Positions 9,131 to 18,024 of a DNA stretch of 64,000 bases are shown one piece after another; position 1 is the stretch's first letter, and every line of letters starts with the position of its first letter. Location: assembly GCA_027314025.1 (NCBI GenBank), contig DAHVCP010000044.1, forward strand, positions 1,684-65,683, written 5' to 3'. A program made the translations under genes and the position numbers. The stretch comes from Acidobacteriota bacterium. GTDB lineage: Bacteria; Acidobacteriota; Terriglobia; Terriglobales; SCQP01. The notes beneath the pieces were generated by a model. That model searched no databases. It was not told where the DNA came from and worked only from the letters and a program-made list of their open reading frames with translations.

Positions 9131-10504
9131 TTACGCGGACTGTGCCGCCGCGGCGAAAAAGCGGATCACCGTGGCGACCGCCTGTTGCAAGTTCGCCAGC
9201 GGCAGCTTCTCGTTCGGCCCGTGGGCGCCGCAATCCGGCGTGGCGAAGCCCATCAGCACCACGGGCGCACCCAGCGTTTGGGCAAACAAAGCGGCAATGG
9301 GAATGGAGCCGCCGGAACGCACCAGCACCGGCGGCCGGCCGTAGGTCTGCTCGAGGGCGTGCGCCGCGGCGCGCAGATAGCGATTTTCGCTTTCCACCAG
9401 CACCGGCTCGGCCGTATGCAGGATTTCGACCTCCAGCGTGAATCCCGCCGGCGTCAACTCCCGCACGCGCCGCTCGAAGGCCGCCGCCATCGCCGCCGGC
9501 GCCTGGGCCGGCGCCAGCCGCATGCTGATTTTGGCCGCTGCTCGCGCGGGGATCACGGTTTTGGCGCCCGCGGCGGTAAACCCGCCGGCGATACCGTGCA
9601 CCTCCAAAGTGGGCCGCGCCCAAACCCGTTCTAACGGCGTATATTCCAGTTCGCCACTCAACGCCGCCGCCCTAACCTCTTCGCTCCGGTAGCGTTCCGC
9701 ATCGAATGGCAACCGCGCCCAATCCGCGGCCTCGGCCGCGCTGGGTGGACGCAGTGCATCATAGAATCCCGGAATCAGGATCTTGCCACTGGCATCCTTT
9801 AGGCCGCAGATGATGCGCGCCAACGCCTCCAGCGGATTCGGCGCCACGCCGCCGTACAAACCGGAGTGCAGATCTGCTTCCGCCCCCCGCAAACGCACCT
9901 CGGCATAGACCATGCCCCGCAAACCAGTGTTGAGCGTGGGCAGGCCGGCCGCAAACTGCGTCGTATCGGTAATCAGCACAGCGTCGCAGCCCAGCGCGGC
10001 GGCATTCCGCCGCACGTAGGCTTCGATGCCTTCGCCGCCGACTTCTTCCTCGCCCTCAATCAAGAACCGGAGGTTGACCGGCAACCGTCCCTCCCCGCGC
10101 AAAAAAGCCTCCGCCGCTTGCATCTGCGCATACAGCTGTCCCTTGTCATCCGCCGCCCCGCGGGCATAAATATTGCCGTCCCGCAAAACCGGCATGAAGG
10201 GAGGGCTTTGCCACTCTTCCAGCGGCTCGGCGGGCTGCACGTCGTAATGGCCATAGCACAAAATCGTCGGCGCGCCGGCCACGTGCAGCCAATCCGCATA
10301 GACCAAAGGGTGACCACCGGTGGGAATCACCACCGCGTGCTCCATCCCCGCCTCGGCCAGATGGCTCCTGACCCATTCCGCCGCGCGCTCCACGTCCGGC
10401 TTGTGCGCGGGCAGCGTGCTGACGCTGGGGATGCGGAGAAATTCCTGCAACTGGTCCCATTGCTGGGCCTGCCGCGCGCTGGCGTATTCCAAGGCCGTGG
10501 CCAT
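9131..10504 (-). CDS. M20 family dipeptidase
   Basis: YGHYDVQP, ARGAADDKGQ, EGEEEVG, DLHSG, GGSIP, HGPNE. Confidence 0.92.
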   Translation of the reverse strand: MATALEYASARQAQQWDQLQEFLRIPSVSTLPAHKPDVERAAEWVRSHLAEAGMEHAVVIPTGGHPLVYADWLHVAGAPTILCYGHYDVQPAEPLEEWQSPPFMPVLRDGNIYARGAADDKGQLYAQMQAAEAFLRGEGRLPVNLRFLIEGEEEVGGEGIEAYVRRNAAALGCDAVLITDTTQFAAGLPTLNTGLRGMVYAEVRLRGAEADLHSGLYGGVAPNPLEALARIICGLKDASGKILIPGFYDALRPPSAAEAADWARLPFDAERYRSEEVRAAALSGELEYTPLERVWARPTLEVHGIAGGFTAAGAKTVIPARAAAKISMRLAPAQAPAAMAAAFERRVRELTPAGFTLEVEILHTAEPVLVESENRYLRAAAHALEQTYGRPPVLVRSGGSIPIAALFAQTLGAPVVLMGFATPDCGAHGPNEKLPLANLQQAVATVIRFFAAAAQSA

Positions 10505-10558
10505 ACCTCGGCGACTATACAGCAGGCGGGCCGCACCGCGCATCTCCCCTGCCAGCGC

Positions 10559-11299
10559 ATGTGCTTGCTCCGCGGCTCCGGCCCGCTTCTCATTCTCGCG
10601 GCCCACCCTGATGATGAAACCGCCGGCGCCGGCGGCATCGCCGCCCACTGCGCCGCACGCGGGCGCCCGGTGCATGTTTTGTTCCTCACGGACGGCGCGC
10701 CGCGCCAGCGCCAGTTTTTCGCCCATGATTTCCGCGGCGGCCGCGCCGCCTACCGCCGCCGGCGCCGGGCCGAAGCCTTGGCCGCCGCCCAGGCCCTGGG
10801 CCTGTCAGCGGTGCGCTTGCACTTCGTTTCCATTCCCGATCTTGAGTTGCGCGAGTATTGGCCCCGGGCCATGGCCCGCCTGCGCGCCGTGGCCCGCGCC
10901 TCCGGCGCGCGCGCTTGGCTGGTTCCGGCCCGCGAAAATGGCCACCCCGATCATGACGCCGCCAACGAAGTGGCGCGCCAGGCTTGCCGGCATTGGGCCC
11001 GCGGCGCCACGGTTTGGGAATATCCGCTTTATGCCCGCCACCGCGGCCAGACCCGCTACGCATGGTTCCCCCCCGGCCCCGGCGTCATCCAGTTAGCGCT
11101 GAATCGCGCGGAGCATGCCGCCAAGGTGCAGGCGCTAACGGCGTACCGCAGCCAAAGGGCAACGCTGGCGCCTTTTCTTCCCGTGCCTTCCGTTGAGCAA
11201 TTTCGCCCCCTGCGCCGCCGTCCGCCACGGCGCCATGCGGTGTGGACCGCTTGGGGTTGGGACCTGCCGCCGGCCACCCGGACATGCGGGCCACCGTGA
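10559..11299 (+). CDS. PIG-L family deacetylase
   Basis: AAHPDDE, VLFLTDG, GHPDHD, YRSQ. Confidence 0.85.
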   Translation: MCLLRGSGPLLILAAHPDDETAGAGGIAAHCAARGRPVHVLFLTDGAPRQRQFFAHDFRGGRAAYRRRRRAEALAAAQALGLSAVRLHFVSIPDLELREYWPRAMARLRAVARASGARAWLVPARENGHPDHDAANEVARQACRHWARGATVWEYPLYARHRGQTRYAWFPPGPGVIQLALNRAEHAAKVQALTAYRSQRATLAPFLPVPSVEQFRPLRRRPPRRHAVWTAWGWDLPPATRTCGPP

Positions 11300-12402
11300 T
11301 CCGGCGCCGCCCGCCGTCGGCGCCGTTGCGGCTGCTCAGCGTCGCCTACGCGCTCACACCGGTTTCTCCCGCTGCTTGCGGCGGCACCGAGCAAGTGGCC
11401 GCCCAATTAGCGGCTCTCCATGTCCAATCCCCCTATGCGGAGCGGCTGCGCCTGGTAACGGTCGCCGCCGCGCCCAGCCAACTGCCCGGCCGCGTGGTCC
11501 GCACCAATGCCGGCTATTGGGCCGCCGGCGCGCCTCCCGCGGATGACGCCGCACAGGCGCGATGGGCCGCCGCGCATGATGCCGTGGCCCTCGCCGAACT
11601 GCGCCGCCGCCGCTACGATCTGGTGCATGTGCAAGGCGCCAGCTTCCACCGCCACGCCGCCGCCGTGGCGCTGCCCTGCCTGTGGACGGTCCATCTGCCC
11701 CTGTCGCAGTACCCGCCAGAGGCGTTCGCAGCCCCGCCGTGCAATCTCTTCTTTCAGGCGGTCAGCCGCACGCAACACCGCAGGCTGCACCGCGCCTTGC
11801 CTCCCCCCGCGCGGCCGCGCCTACGCGGCTACATCGCCAATGGCGTGGACTTGAGCCGCTATCGCCCGGGAGCACCGCCGGGCTCGTATTTGCTGGTGCT
11901 CGGCCGCATCTGCCCGGAGAAAGCCCCCCACCTGGCGATTTCCCTGGCCCGCCGCCTGCATCGGCGCCTGGTGATTGCGGGAACGGTCTATCCCTTTCCG
12001 GCGCATCAGGAATATTTCCGCCGCCGGATTGCCCCATATTTGGGCGGCGACGTGCGGTGGCTGCCGGCGCTGAGCCGGGCGCAGAAGATCACCTGGCTGC
12101 AATCGGCGGCGGCCCTGGTTATTCCCTCCCAGGCGGAAGAAACCAGTTCGCTGGTGGCCATGGAAGCCGCCGCTTGCGGCCGTCCGGTCCTGGCCTGGCG
12201 CAGCGGCGCGTTACCGGAGGTCGTGCGCTCCGGCGTCACCGGCTGGCTGGGCGATTCCCTCGATGCCCTCACCGCCGCCGCCGCCCGGCTCGGCCAAATC
12301 CGCCCCGCGGCGTGCCGCCGCCACGCCGAGCGCCGTTTCGACGCCCGCCGCATGGCGCGGGAATATTTCGCCCTCTATCAGCGGCTCGCCGCTTCCACAT
12401 GA
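11284..12402 (+). CDS. Glycosyltransferase family 4
   Basis: GGTEQV, IANGVD, LGRICPEKAPH, EETSSLVAMEAAACGRPV; start approximate. Confidence 0.88.
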   Translation: MRATVIRRRPPSAPLRLLSVAYALTPVSPAACGGTEQVAAQLAALHVQSPYAERLRLVTVAAAPSQLPGRVVRTNAGYWAAGAPPADDAAQARWAAAHDAVALAELRRRRYDLVHVQGASFHRHAAAVALPCLWTVHLPLSQYPPEAFAAPPCNLFFQAVSRTQHRRLHRALPPPARPRLRGYIANGVDLSRYRPGAPPGSYLLVLGRICPEKAPHLAISLARRLHRRLVIAGTVYPFPAHQEYFRRRIAPYLGGDVRWLPALSRAQKITWLQSAAALVIPSQAEETSSLVAMEAAACGRPVLAWRSGALPEVVRSGVTGWLGDSLDALTAAAARLGQIRPAACRRHAERRFDARRMAREYFALYQRLAAST

Positions 12403-12440
12403 GCCAGCACCGCCCAGGGTGCGGCTGCTAGGCTGGGAGC

Positions 12441-13226
12441 GTGAGATCTTCCTCGCAACCGGAGACGGCGGTTCCGGAGGCGGCGCCGGTTGCGCCCGCT
12501 CGGCCGGCCGGCGGGCGCGGAACACCGATCCGCATCGTATTGGTCGGCGCCCGCAATCCCCTCAATATTGGCGCCGCCGCCCGCGCCATGGCTAACTTCG
12601 GCCTGGCGGACCTGGCCCTGGTGCGCCCCTACGGCGAAGCCTGGCGGCGCGCCCGCTCGGCGCGCGCCGGCGCCGCGGTGCTGGCGCAGGCGCGAGTCTT
12701 CGCCTCCCTGCCCGAAGCCATCGCCGATTGCGGCTACGTTATCGGCACCGCGGGCCTGGCCGGCCGCCATCCGGAGATCCCGGTCGCCGATTGGAGCGAC
12801 CTCGCCCGCCGCCTTCCCGCCACGCGCTGCGCGCTGGTGTTCGGCAGCGAGAAAACCGGCATGACGGTCGCCGACATCGGCTGCTGCCATGTGCTGGCCC
12901 ACATAGATACCGCCCCCGACGCGCCGTCCATGAACCTAGGCCAAGCCGTCGCCGTCTGCGCCTATGAGTTGCAGCGCCGCCGGGCCGCGCCGGCGGCCCC
13001 GGAAGACCCCGCCGCCGACTGGGGCCAACGCGACCTATTGGTCCGGCAAATCACGCCCGTACTGGAGCACATCGGCGTTTTCCGCCCCCAGCATCGTGCC
13101 GGCCAAATGCGCCGGCTCCGTCGCATGCTGTTGGCGTGGCGCTTGCGCCCCGCCGACATTCGCCTGCTGCTCGGCGTGGCCCGGGAGATGAAGCGTGTCC
13201 TCGGCTTGCCCCGTGACCAACCCTAA
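12441..13226 (+). CDS. TrmJ/YjtD family SPOUT RNA methyltransferase
   Basis: NPLNIGAAARAMANFG, LVFGSEKTG, SMNLGQAV. Confidence 0.88.
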   Translation: MRSSSQPETAVPEAAPVAPARPAGGRGTPIRIVLVGARNPLNIGAAARAMANFGLADLALVRPYGEAWRRARSARAGAAVLAQARVFASLPEAIADCGYVIGTAGLAGRHPEIPVADWSDLARRLPATRCALVFGSEKTGMTVADIGCCHVLAHIDTAPDAPSMNLGQAVAVCAYELQRRRAAPAAPEDPAADWGQRDLLVRQITPVLEHIGVFRPQHRAGQMRRLRRMLLAWRLRPADIRLLLGVAREMKRVLGLPRDQP

Positions 13227-13251
13227 AAGTTCCGGCCGCATCTAGCCCGGG

Positions 13252-14268
13252 ATGCTGTCTCACGCCTCAGTTCGCGTCGCCGCGCTAAGCGCCGCCCTCT
13301 GCCTCAGTGCGGCGCTGTGCGCCCAAACCGCAGCCGCTCCGGGACAAACGGGCGCCGCCAACGGGCAAGCCAGCGAGCAACAACGGGTCAACAACCTGGC
13401 CTACCAGGCCGGCTACGCCAGCGGCCGGTATGACGCCCAGCACAAGCTAGCCTATGGCGTCCAAAACCAGCCGCTCTACACGGAAGCCAACCAGGGCTAT
13501 CAGCCGGGCTCCGGGCTCAGCCTGACGCAGTACCAAGCCAACTACCGCCAGGGCTTCCAGGCCGGCTACAACGACGGCTATTACGGCCGGGCGCCGCAGC
13601 CCTCCGCCGCGGCCGCCGCGCCCGCCACCAACGCCGCTGCTCCCGCCGCGCCGCCCGCCCCGGGCGCACCGCAGGGCGCCTCCGCCGGAACGGTGCCCGC
13701 CGGGACCGTTCTCCACTTGCAATTGCAGAATGCGCTCAGCACGCAAAGCACCCAGCCCAACCAGCCCTTCTCCGCCACCGTGACCCAACCGGTGCGGGAC
13801 GCGGCCGGCAATCTGGTCATCCCCGTCAACAGTGAGGTATTGGGGCGCGTCGGCGCGGTGCATGCCGCCACTGGGCTGACCGGCGAATCTACGCTCCAAA
13901 TGCAGTTTCAGCAGATCCGTCTGCCCAACGGCCGTACCGCCGCCTTGGAAGCCACCGTGGCGCAGGTCGGGCCGCAAGGCTCCGGCGTGGGCCAGGCGGT
14001 GGGCGGCGCCGTGGAGGGCAAGCCCTCCACCACCAGCGAAGGCCAGGTACAGCAGAGTCGCACGCGCAGCACCGTGGGCAACGTGGCGGCGGGCGGCGCC
14101 GTCGGCGCGCTGCTCGGCGCCATCTTCGGCGGCGGCAAGGGCGCGGCCATCGGCACGGCCGCCGGCGCGGGGTTGGGCGTACTGCTGGCCAGCAAACGCG
14201 GCCCCCTGAACCTGCCCGCCGGCACCCCAGTCACCATCCGCCTGAACCAGCCGGTCCTTTTGCAGTAG
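13252..14268 (+). CDS. Secreted protein with glycine-zipper C-terminus
   Basis: Signal peptide; YQAGY/YRQGFQAGY repeats; VPAGTVL beta domain; GGAVGALLGAIFGGGKGAAIG. Confidence 0.75.
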   Translation: MLSHASVRVAALSAALCLSAALCAQTAAAPGQTGAANGQASEQQRVNNLAYQAGYASGRYDAQHKLAYGVQNQPLYTEANQGYQPGSGLSLTQYQANYRQGFQAGYNDGYYGRAPQPSAAAAAPATNAAAPAAPPAPGAPQGASAGTVPAGTVLHLQLQNALSTQSTQPNQPFSATVTQPVRDAAGNLVIPVNSEVLGRVGAVHAATGLTGESTLQMQFQQIRLPNGRTAALEATVAQVGPQGSGVGQAVGGAVEGKPSTTSEGQVQQSRTRSTVGNVAAGGAVGALLGAIFGGGKGAAIGTAAGAGLGVLLASKRGPLNLPAGTPVTIRLNQPVLLQ

Positions 14269-14320
14269 CCCCGCCGGCGCCGGCGACCCCGGGCCGGGGA
14301 AGGAGTTTCGCTCTTTTGCT

Positions 14321-14576
14321 CGGCAGGCTGAAGCCTGCCGCACACAGGCTAAAGCCTGTTCCACCTCGCATAGGTCCCCCAGCGAGAGAAGGCGGCGATT
14401 GAAGCCTGCCGCACACAGGCTCAAGCCTGTTCCACCTCGCATAGGTCCCCAGCGAGAGAAGGCGGCGTTTGAAGCCTGCCGCACACAGGCTAAAGCCTGT
14501 TCCACCTCGCATAGGTCCCCCAGCGGGAGAAGCCGGCGATTGAAGGCTGCCGCACACAGGCTAAAGCCTGTTCCAC
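14321..14576. repeat. Tandem array of REP family A (4 REP copies, 70-71 bp period)
   Basis: GAAGCCTGCCGCACACAGGCTAAAGCCTGTTCCAC at 14330, 14401, 14471 and 14542, with near-identical linkers; lies between convergent genes. Confidence 0.9.
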
Positions 14577-14608
14577 GGGAGCGAGATTGGGGAGGCTCGG
14601 AGCGGGCG

Positions 14609-15844
14609 TCACCAGGCCAGGGCCGCGCCGAGCGCCACCAGCCCCGCCGCTGCCATGCCCACCGACAGCAGCGCCACGCGCCGCGTGACCGCCTTCTGCT
14701 GGGATTGCCGATACAGCAACGGCAAATTGACCAGCGCGCTGCTGACCGACGACAGCACCGTCGCCGCCCCGGCAAGTGCAAAGCTGATCCGCCCATGCGC
14801 CGCCAGCACCGCCGCAGCCGCCACCGTGCTGGCGCTGCTCACCAGGCCGCCCAGCAAGCTGACCAGCAAAAACCCGCCCCCTCCCAAGTACCGCTGCGCC
14901 AAGTTCGCCGTCACTTCAATCCCCAAGAACATCACCCCAAACAGCAGCACCCGTCCCAGCGCCACCGGCGAACCCAACTCCACATGGGCGCCCTGCCCGG
15001 CGCCGTGGCGGTGCGCACGCCAGGCAAACATCCCGGCCAGCGCCGCCATTACCGCCATGGGCCCCCAGGCGGTAGCCACGGCGGGCGCGGCGAAAATCGC
15101 CAATATGCCCAGGTTGCGCACGAACATCGCCACCGATGTCAGCAGGATCGCCGCCACCGCCATCGGCGCCATCCCCGTGCCCGTCCCCAACTCCCGTGAC
15201 AACTCCACTACCGTCGCCGTGCTGTTCACCAGGCCGCCCAGCCCGGCGGTGTAATACATGCCGCGGGCGCCGTAGAGCCGCAACAGAATGTAATTCCCAA
15301 AGCCGATGCCCGCAATCACCATCACCGCGACCCAAACGTCTCGCGGGTCCACCAGCCGCCAGGGGTCCACGAATCCCTTGGGCAGCAAAGGATAGATGAC
15401 CAACGTCAGCAGCCCCAGCAACAAAGCGCCGCGAATCTCTTGGATCAGCAGGCGTTCGGCGAATCGCGTCAGTTCGGTCTTCCAGGCCAGCAGCGCCGTC
15501 ATCACGATCGCCGCCGCCACCGGCGCCATCAAGTGTCCCTGGCCGAGGAATACGCCCAAGACATAGGTCACCATCAGCGCCACCGACGTGGTGATCTCCA
15601 GGCCGCGGCTCACCAACAGGCTGCGGGCGTTCACGGCGGCGATCAGCAGAAACACTCCGATCCAGCCGGCGAGCGCGAATCCGGGGCTCAACAGCCAGCA
15701 CAATGCCCCCAACATCGCGGTCAAGGCGAAGGTGCGCACACCGACTTCCTTGTGCGCCCATTCCCTCTCCAGGCCCACCAGCAGCCCTACCCCAAGCGCC
15801 ACCGCCAAGCGCACCGCCGTGGTCACGGGAAAGTTCCAGTCCAT
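14609..15844 (-). CDS. MgtC/SapB family membrane protein with DUF4010
   Basis: GLLVGLERE, GVRTFAL, ITTSVAL, GGLVNSTAT; multiple TM segments. Confidence 0.88.
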   Translation of the reverse strand: MDWNFPVTTAVRLAVALGVGLLVGLEREWAHKEVGVRTFALTAMLGALCWLLSPGFALAGWIGVFLLIAAVNARSLLVSRGLEITTSVALMVTYVLGVFLGQGHLMAPVAAAIVMTALLAWKTELTRFAERLLIQEIRGALLLGLLTLVIYPLLPKGFVDPWRLVDPRDVWVAVMVIAGIGFGNYILLRLYGARGMYYTAGLGGLVNSTATVVELSRELGTGTGMAPMAVAAILLTSVAMFVRNLGILAIFAAPAVATAWGPMAVMAALAGMFAWRAHRHGAGQGAHVELGSPVALGRVLLFGVMFLGIEVTANLAQRYLGGGGFLLVSLLGGLVSSASTVAAAAVLAAHGRISFALAGAATVLSSVSSALVNLPLLYRQSQQKAVTRRVALLSVGMAAAGLVALGAALAW

Positions 15845-15982
15845 AACAGCCCTGGCCTAGCATACTCGGCCCCGGGGCCCGCCCGCAGGGCCAGGGGCCC
15901 GCGCCGGGGCTGCCGCCGGCGCCAGCCCCGGCCGGGCGCCGAACTGCTGCCGTCGCATGCTCCCGCCGGGTATGCTAGGGCC

Positions 15983-16789
15983 ATGGCCGATCGCACCCTG
16001 GGCGCGCCTCCGCCGGATTCGGCGCTGAGCCAAGCGCTGAAGCAGTGGCTGTTTTCCTTCCAGGAATTCTGGCTCCTCACGGCGCAGGCCTTCCGCAACA
16101 TCGCGGCCACCCCGTTTTACGCCGCCGATACATTTTTGCAAATGGACTCCATCGGCGTCGGCTCCCTGCCGATCGTGGTGCTGACCGGTTTTTTCACCGG
16201 CGCGGTGATGGCGCTGCAGCTCTCCGCCACGCTGACCGAATATGGCCAAATTGACCGCCTCGGGCAACTGGTCAGCCTCTCCCTAGTGCTGGAGTTGGGA
16301 CCGGTGCTCAGCGCCCTCATGATTGGCGCCCGCAATGCCAGCGGCATGGCCTCCGAACTCGGGTCCATGGTCGTGACCGAGCAAATTGACGCCATGCGCG
16401 CCCTGGGCACCGACCCGGTCAAGAAGCTGGTCACCCCACGGCTGATCGCGACCATTGTGATGACCTTCTTCCTCACCCTCATCGCCGACATGTGCGGCAT
16501 CGTCGGCGGCTGGGTCTACGCGGTAATGGGCATTCACATGAACGGCGCGCTCTATTGGTTCTCCGCCTTCCGCATATTGGACGCCAGCTCCATGATCCAA
16601 GGGCTGATCAAACCGCTCATCTTTGGCGGCATCATCGCCACCGTCGGCTGTTATTACGGCATGAAGGCAAGGGGCGGGACCCAAGGGGTCGGCCGGGCAA
16701 CCACCCAGGCCGTGGTCTTGGCATCGCTGCTGATCATCATCAGCGACTTTCTCCTCAGCCGCCTTTTGGTCGGGATCCTAGGCACTTGA
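15983..16789 (+). CDS. mlaE: MlaE-type ABC transporter permease
   Basis: IGVGSLPIV, ELGPVLSAL, SELGSMVVTEQIDAMRALG, GVGRATT. Confidence 0.9.
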   Translation: MADRTLGAPPPDSALSQALKQWLFSFQEFWLLTAQAFRNIAATPFYAADTFLQMDSIGVGSLPIVVLTGFFTGAVMALQLSATLTEYGQIDRLGQLVSLSLVLELGPVLSALMIGARNASGMASELGSMVVTEQIDAMRALGTDPVKKLVTPRLIATIVMTFFLTLIADMCGIVGGWVYAVMGIHMNGALYWFSAFRILDASSMIQGLIKPLIFGGIIATVGCYYGMKARGGTQGVGRATTQAVVLASLLIIISDFLLSRLLVGILGT

Positions 16790-17634
16790 GCGGCGCTCCG
16801 GCTCAACCCGCATCCGTGCCGTCCGCGGGCGGCGCCGCCACCCCGCCCGGCGACATCGTGGTGCGCCTGGAGCATGTCGTGCTCTCCTTCGGCGGCGGCC
16901 CGGTGCTGGACGATGTGTCCCTTCAGGTCCGTCGCGGCGAAACCAAGGTGCTGCTGGGCGAGAGCGGCGCCGGCAAGAGCGTGCTGATGAAACTGGTCCT
17001 CGGCCTGCTCCGCCCCGATCGCGGCCGCGTCTGGGTGTTCGACCAGGAAGTCAGCGCAATGAAAGAGCAGGCGCTCTACGACCTGCGCCGCAAGATCGGC
17101 ATGACGTTCCAGGAAAGCGCGCTTTTCGATTCCCTCAGCGTGCGCGACAACGTCGCCTACCGGCTGGAGGAAGATGGCGTCCTAACCCCCGAGGCGATGG
17201 ACGAACGCGTTCGCACCTGCCTCAGCTTCGTCAATCTCGACGCGGTCATGGACAAAATGCCGGCCGAGCTGTCCGGCGGCATGCGCCACCGCGTCTCCAT
17301 CGCCCGCGCCTTGGCCACATCGCCGGAAATCATGCTCTACGACTCCCCCACCGGAGGGCTGGACCCGGAGACCGCCACCACCATCATGGATTTGATCATC
17401 AAGCTGCGGGATTGCAATCACGTCACTGCGTTGCTCGCCACCCACCGGCTTCAGGACGGCTATCTGCTGGCCACGCACGCCTGGGACGATGCGACGCAGA
17501 CCGCCCGCTGGGCCGCGGAAGGCGCCCGTCACACGTCATTCTTGCTGCTGCGCCAGGGCCGCGCCATCTTCGACGGCTCCGCCGCCGAACTGCGCCGGGA
17601 TGCCGATCCCTACGTGCGCGAATTTCTCAGCTAA
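16786..17634 (+). CDS. mlaF: MlaF-type ABC transporter ATP-binding protein
   Basis: Walker A GESGAGKS, FQESALFDS, LSGGM, YDSPTGGLDP; start approximate (TTG overlapping the mlaE stop). Confidence 0.88.
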   Translation: MSGAPAQPASVPSAGGAATPPGDIVVRLEHVVLSFGGGPVLDDVSLQVRRGETKVLLGESGAGKSVLMKLVLGLLRPDRGRVWVFDQEVSAMKEQALYDLRRKIGMTFQESALFDSLSVRDNVAYRLEEDGVLTPEAMDERVRTCLSFVNLDAVMDKMPAELSGGMRHRVSIARALATSPEIMLYDSPTGGLDPETATTIMDLIIKLRDCNHVTALLATHRLQDGYLLATHAWDDATQTARWAAEGARHTSFLLLRQGRAIFDGSAAELRRDADPYVREFLS

Positions 17635-17938
17635 TCGCGGCAGCTCGCGGATGCCCGGAGCGTCGGCATTCCGCCCGGCGGCCCGGGCGACTGCGGGCTG
17701 GCTTCGGCGGAATGGGCCTTTGCCCGCGGGGCGGCGGGGTCGAGCCCGCCGCGTCGGGTGGGGACCCAGCCACCCGCCTTTCCCACCCCGCTCCGGCGCG
17801 TACCATGGCGGCATGAGGAGCTTGGCTTTCGCCGCGACAGCCGCGGTCCTGGCCGCCGCCGCGTTATCGCCTCGCACCGCGCCTGCCGCCGCGGGCGGCG
17901 CAGCCCGCGTGGGCACGCGCGAAGAGGGGTTCTCGAGA

Positions 17939-18006
17939 GGCCGGCAAGACGCCGGCACTCCCCAATAGCGGCGATCCCCGGAGGGCAGTAAGATGCCGGC
18001 CCTCCG
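17939..18006. repeat. REP-like family C palindromes (GGAGCGCCGGCGTCYTCGCCGG-type)
   Basis: GCCGGCAAGACGCCGGCACTCC; related copies at ~50669-50693, 61117-61145 and 63358-63383. Confidence 0.5.
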
Positions 18007-18024
18007 ACTGCCGCAGCCCGTGGC

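Noticed and set aside
8004-9623. Long overlapping ORFs (also 13447-14796, 23788-25338, 39333-40763, 44556-45959)
   Set aside because: Alternative-frame or antisense shadows of well-supported genes; Arg/Ala/Pro-rich with no domain motifs.
14321-14576. Possible CRISPR array (~35-bp repeat, ~35-bp spacer)
   Set aside because: The spacers are near-identical, the repeat matches the dispersed REP flanking the RAYT gene, and there are no cas genes in the window.
17813-17968. 51-aa ORF with a signal-peptide-like start
   Set aside because: It has a leaderless-type -10 but runs into a REP after ~40 codons; it may be a gene remnant and cannot be supported as a functional CDS.
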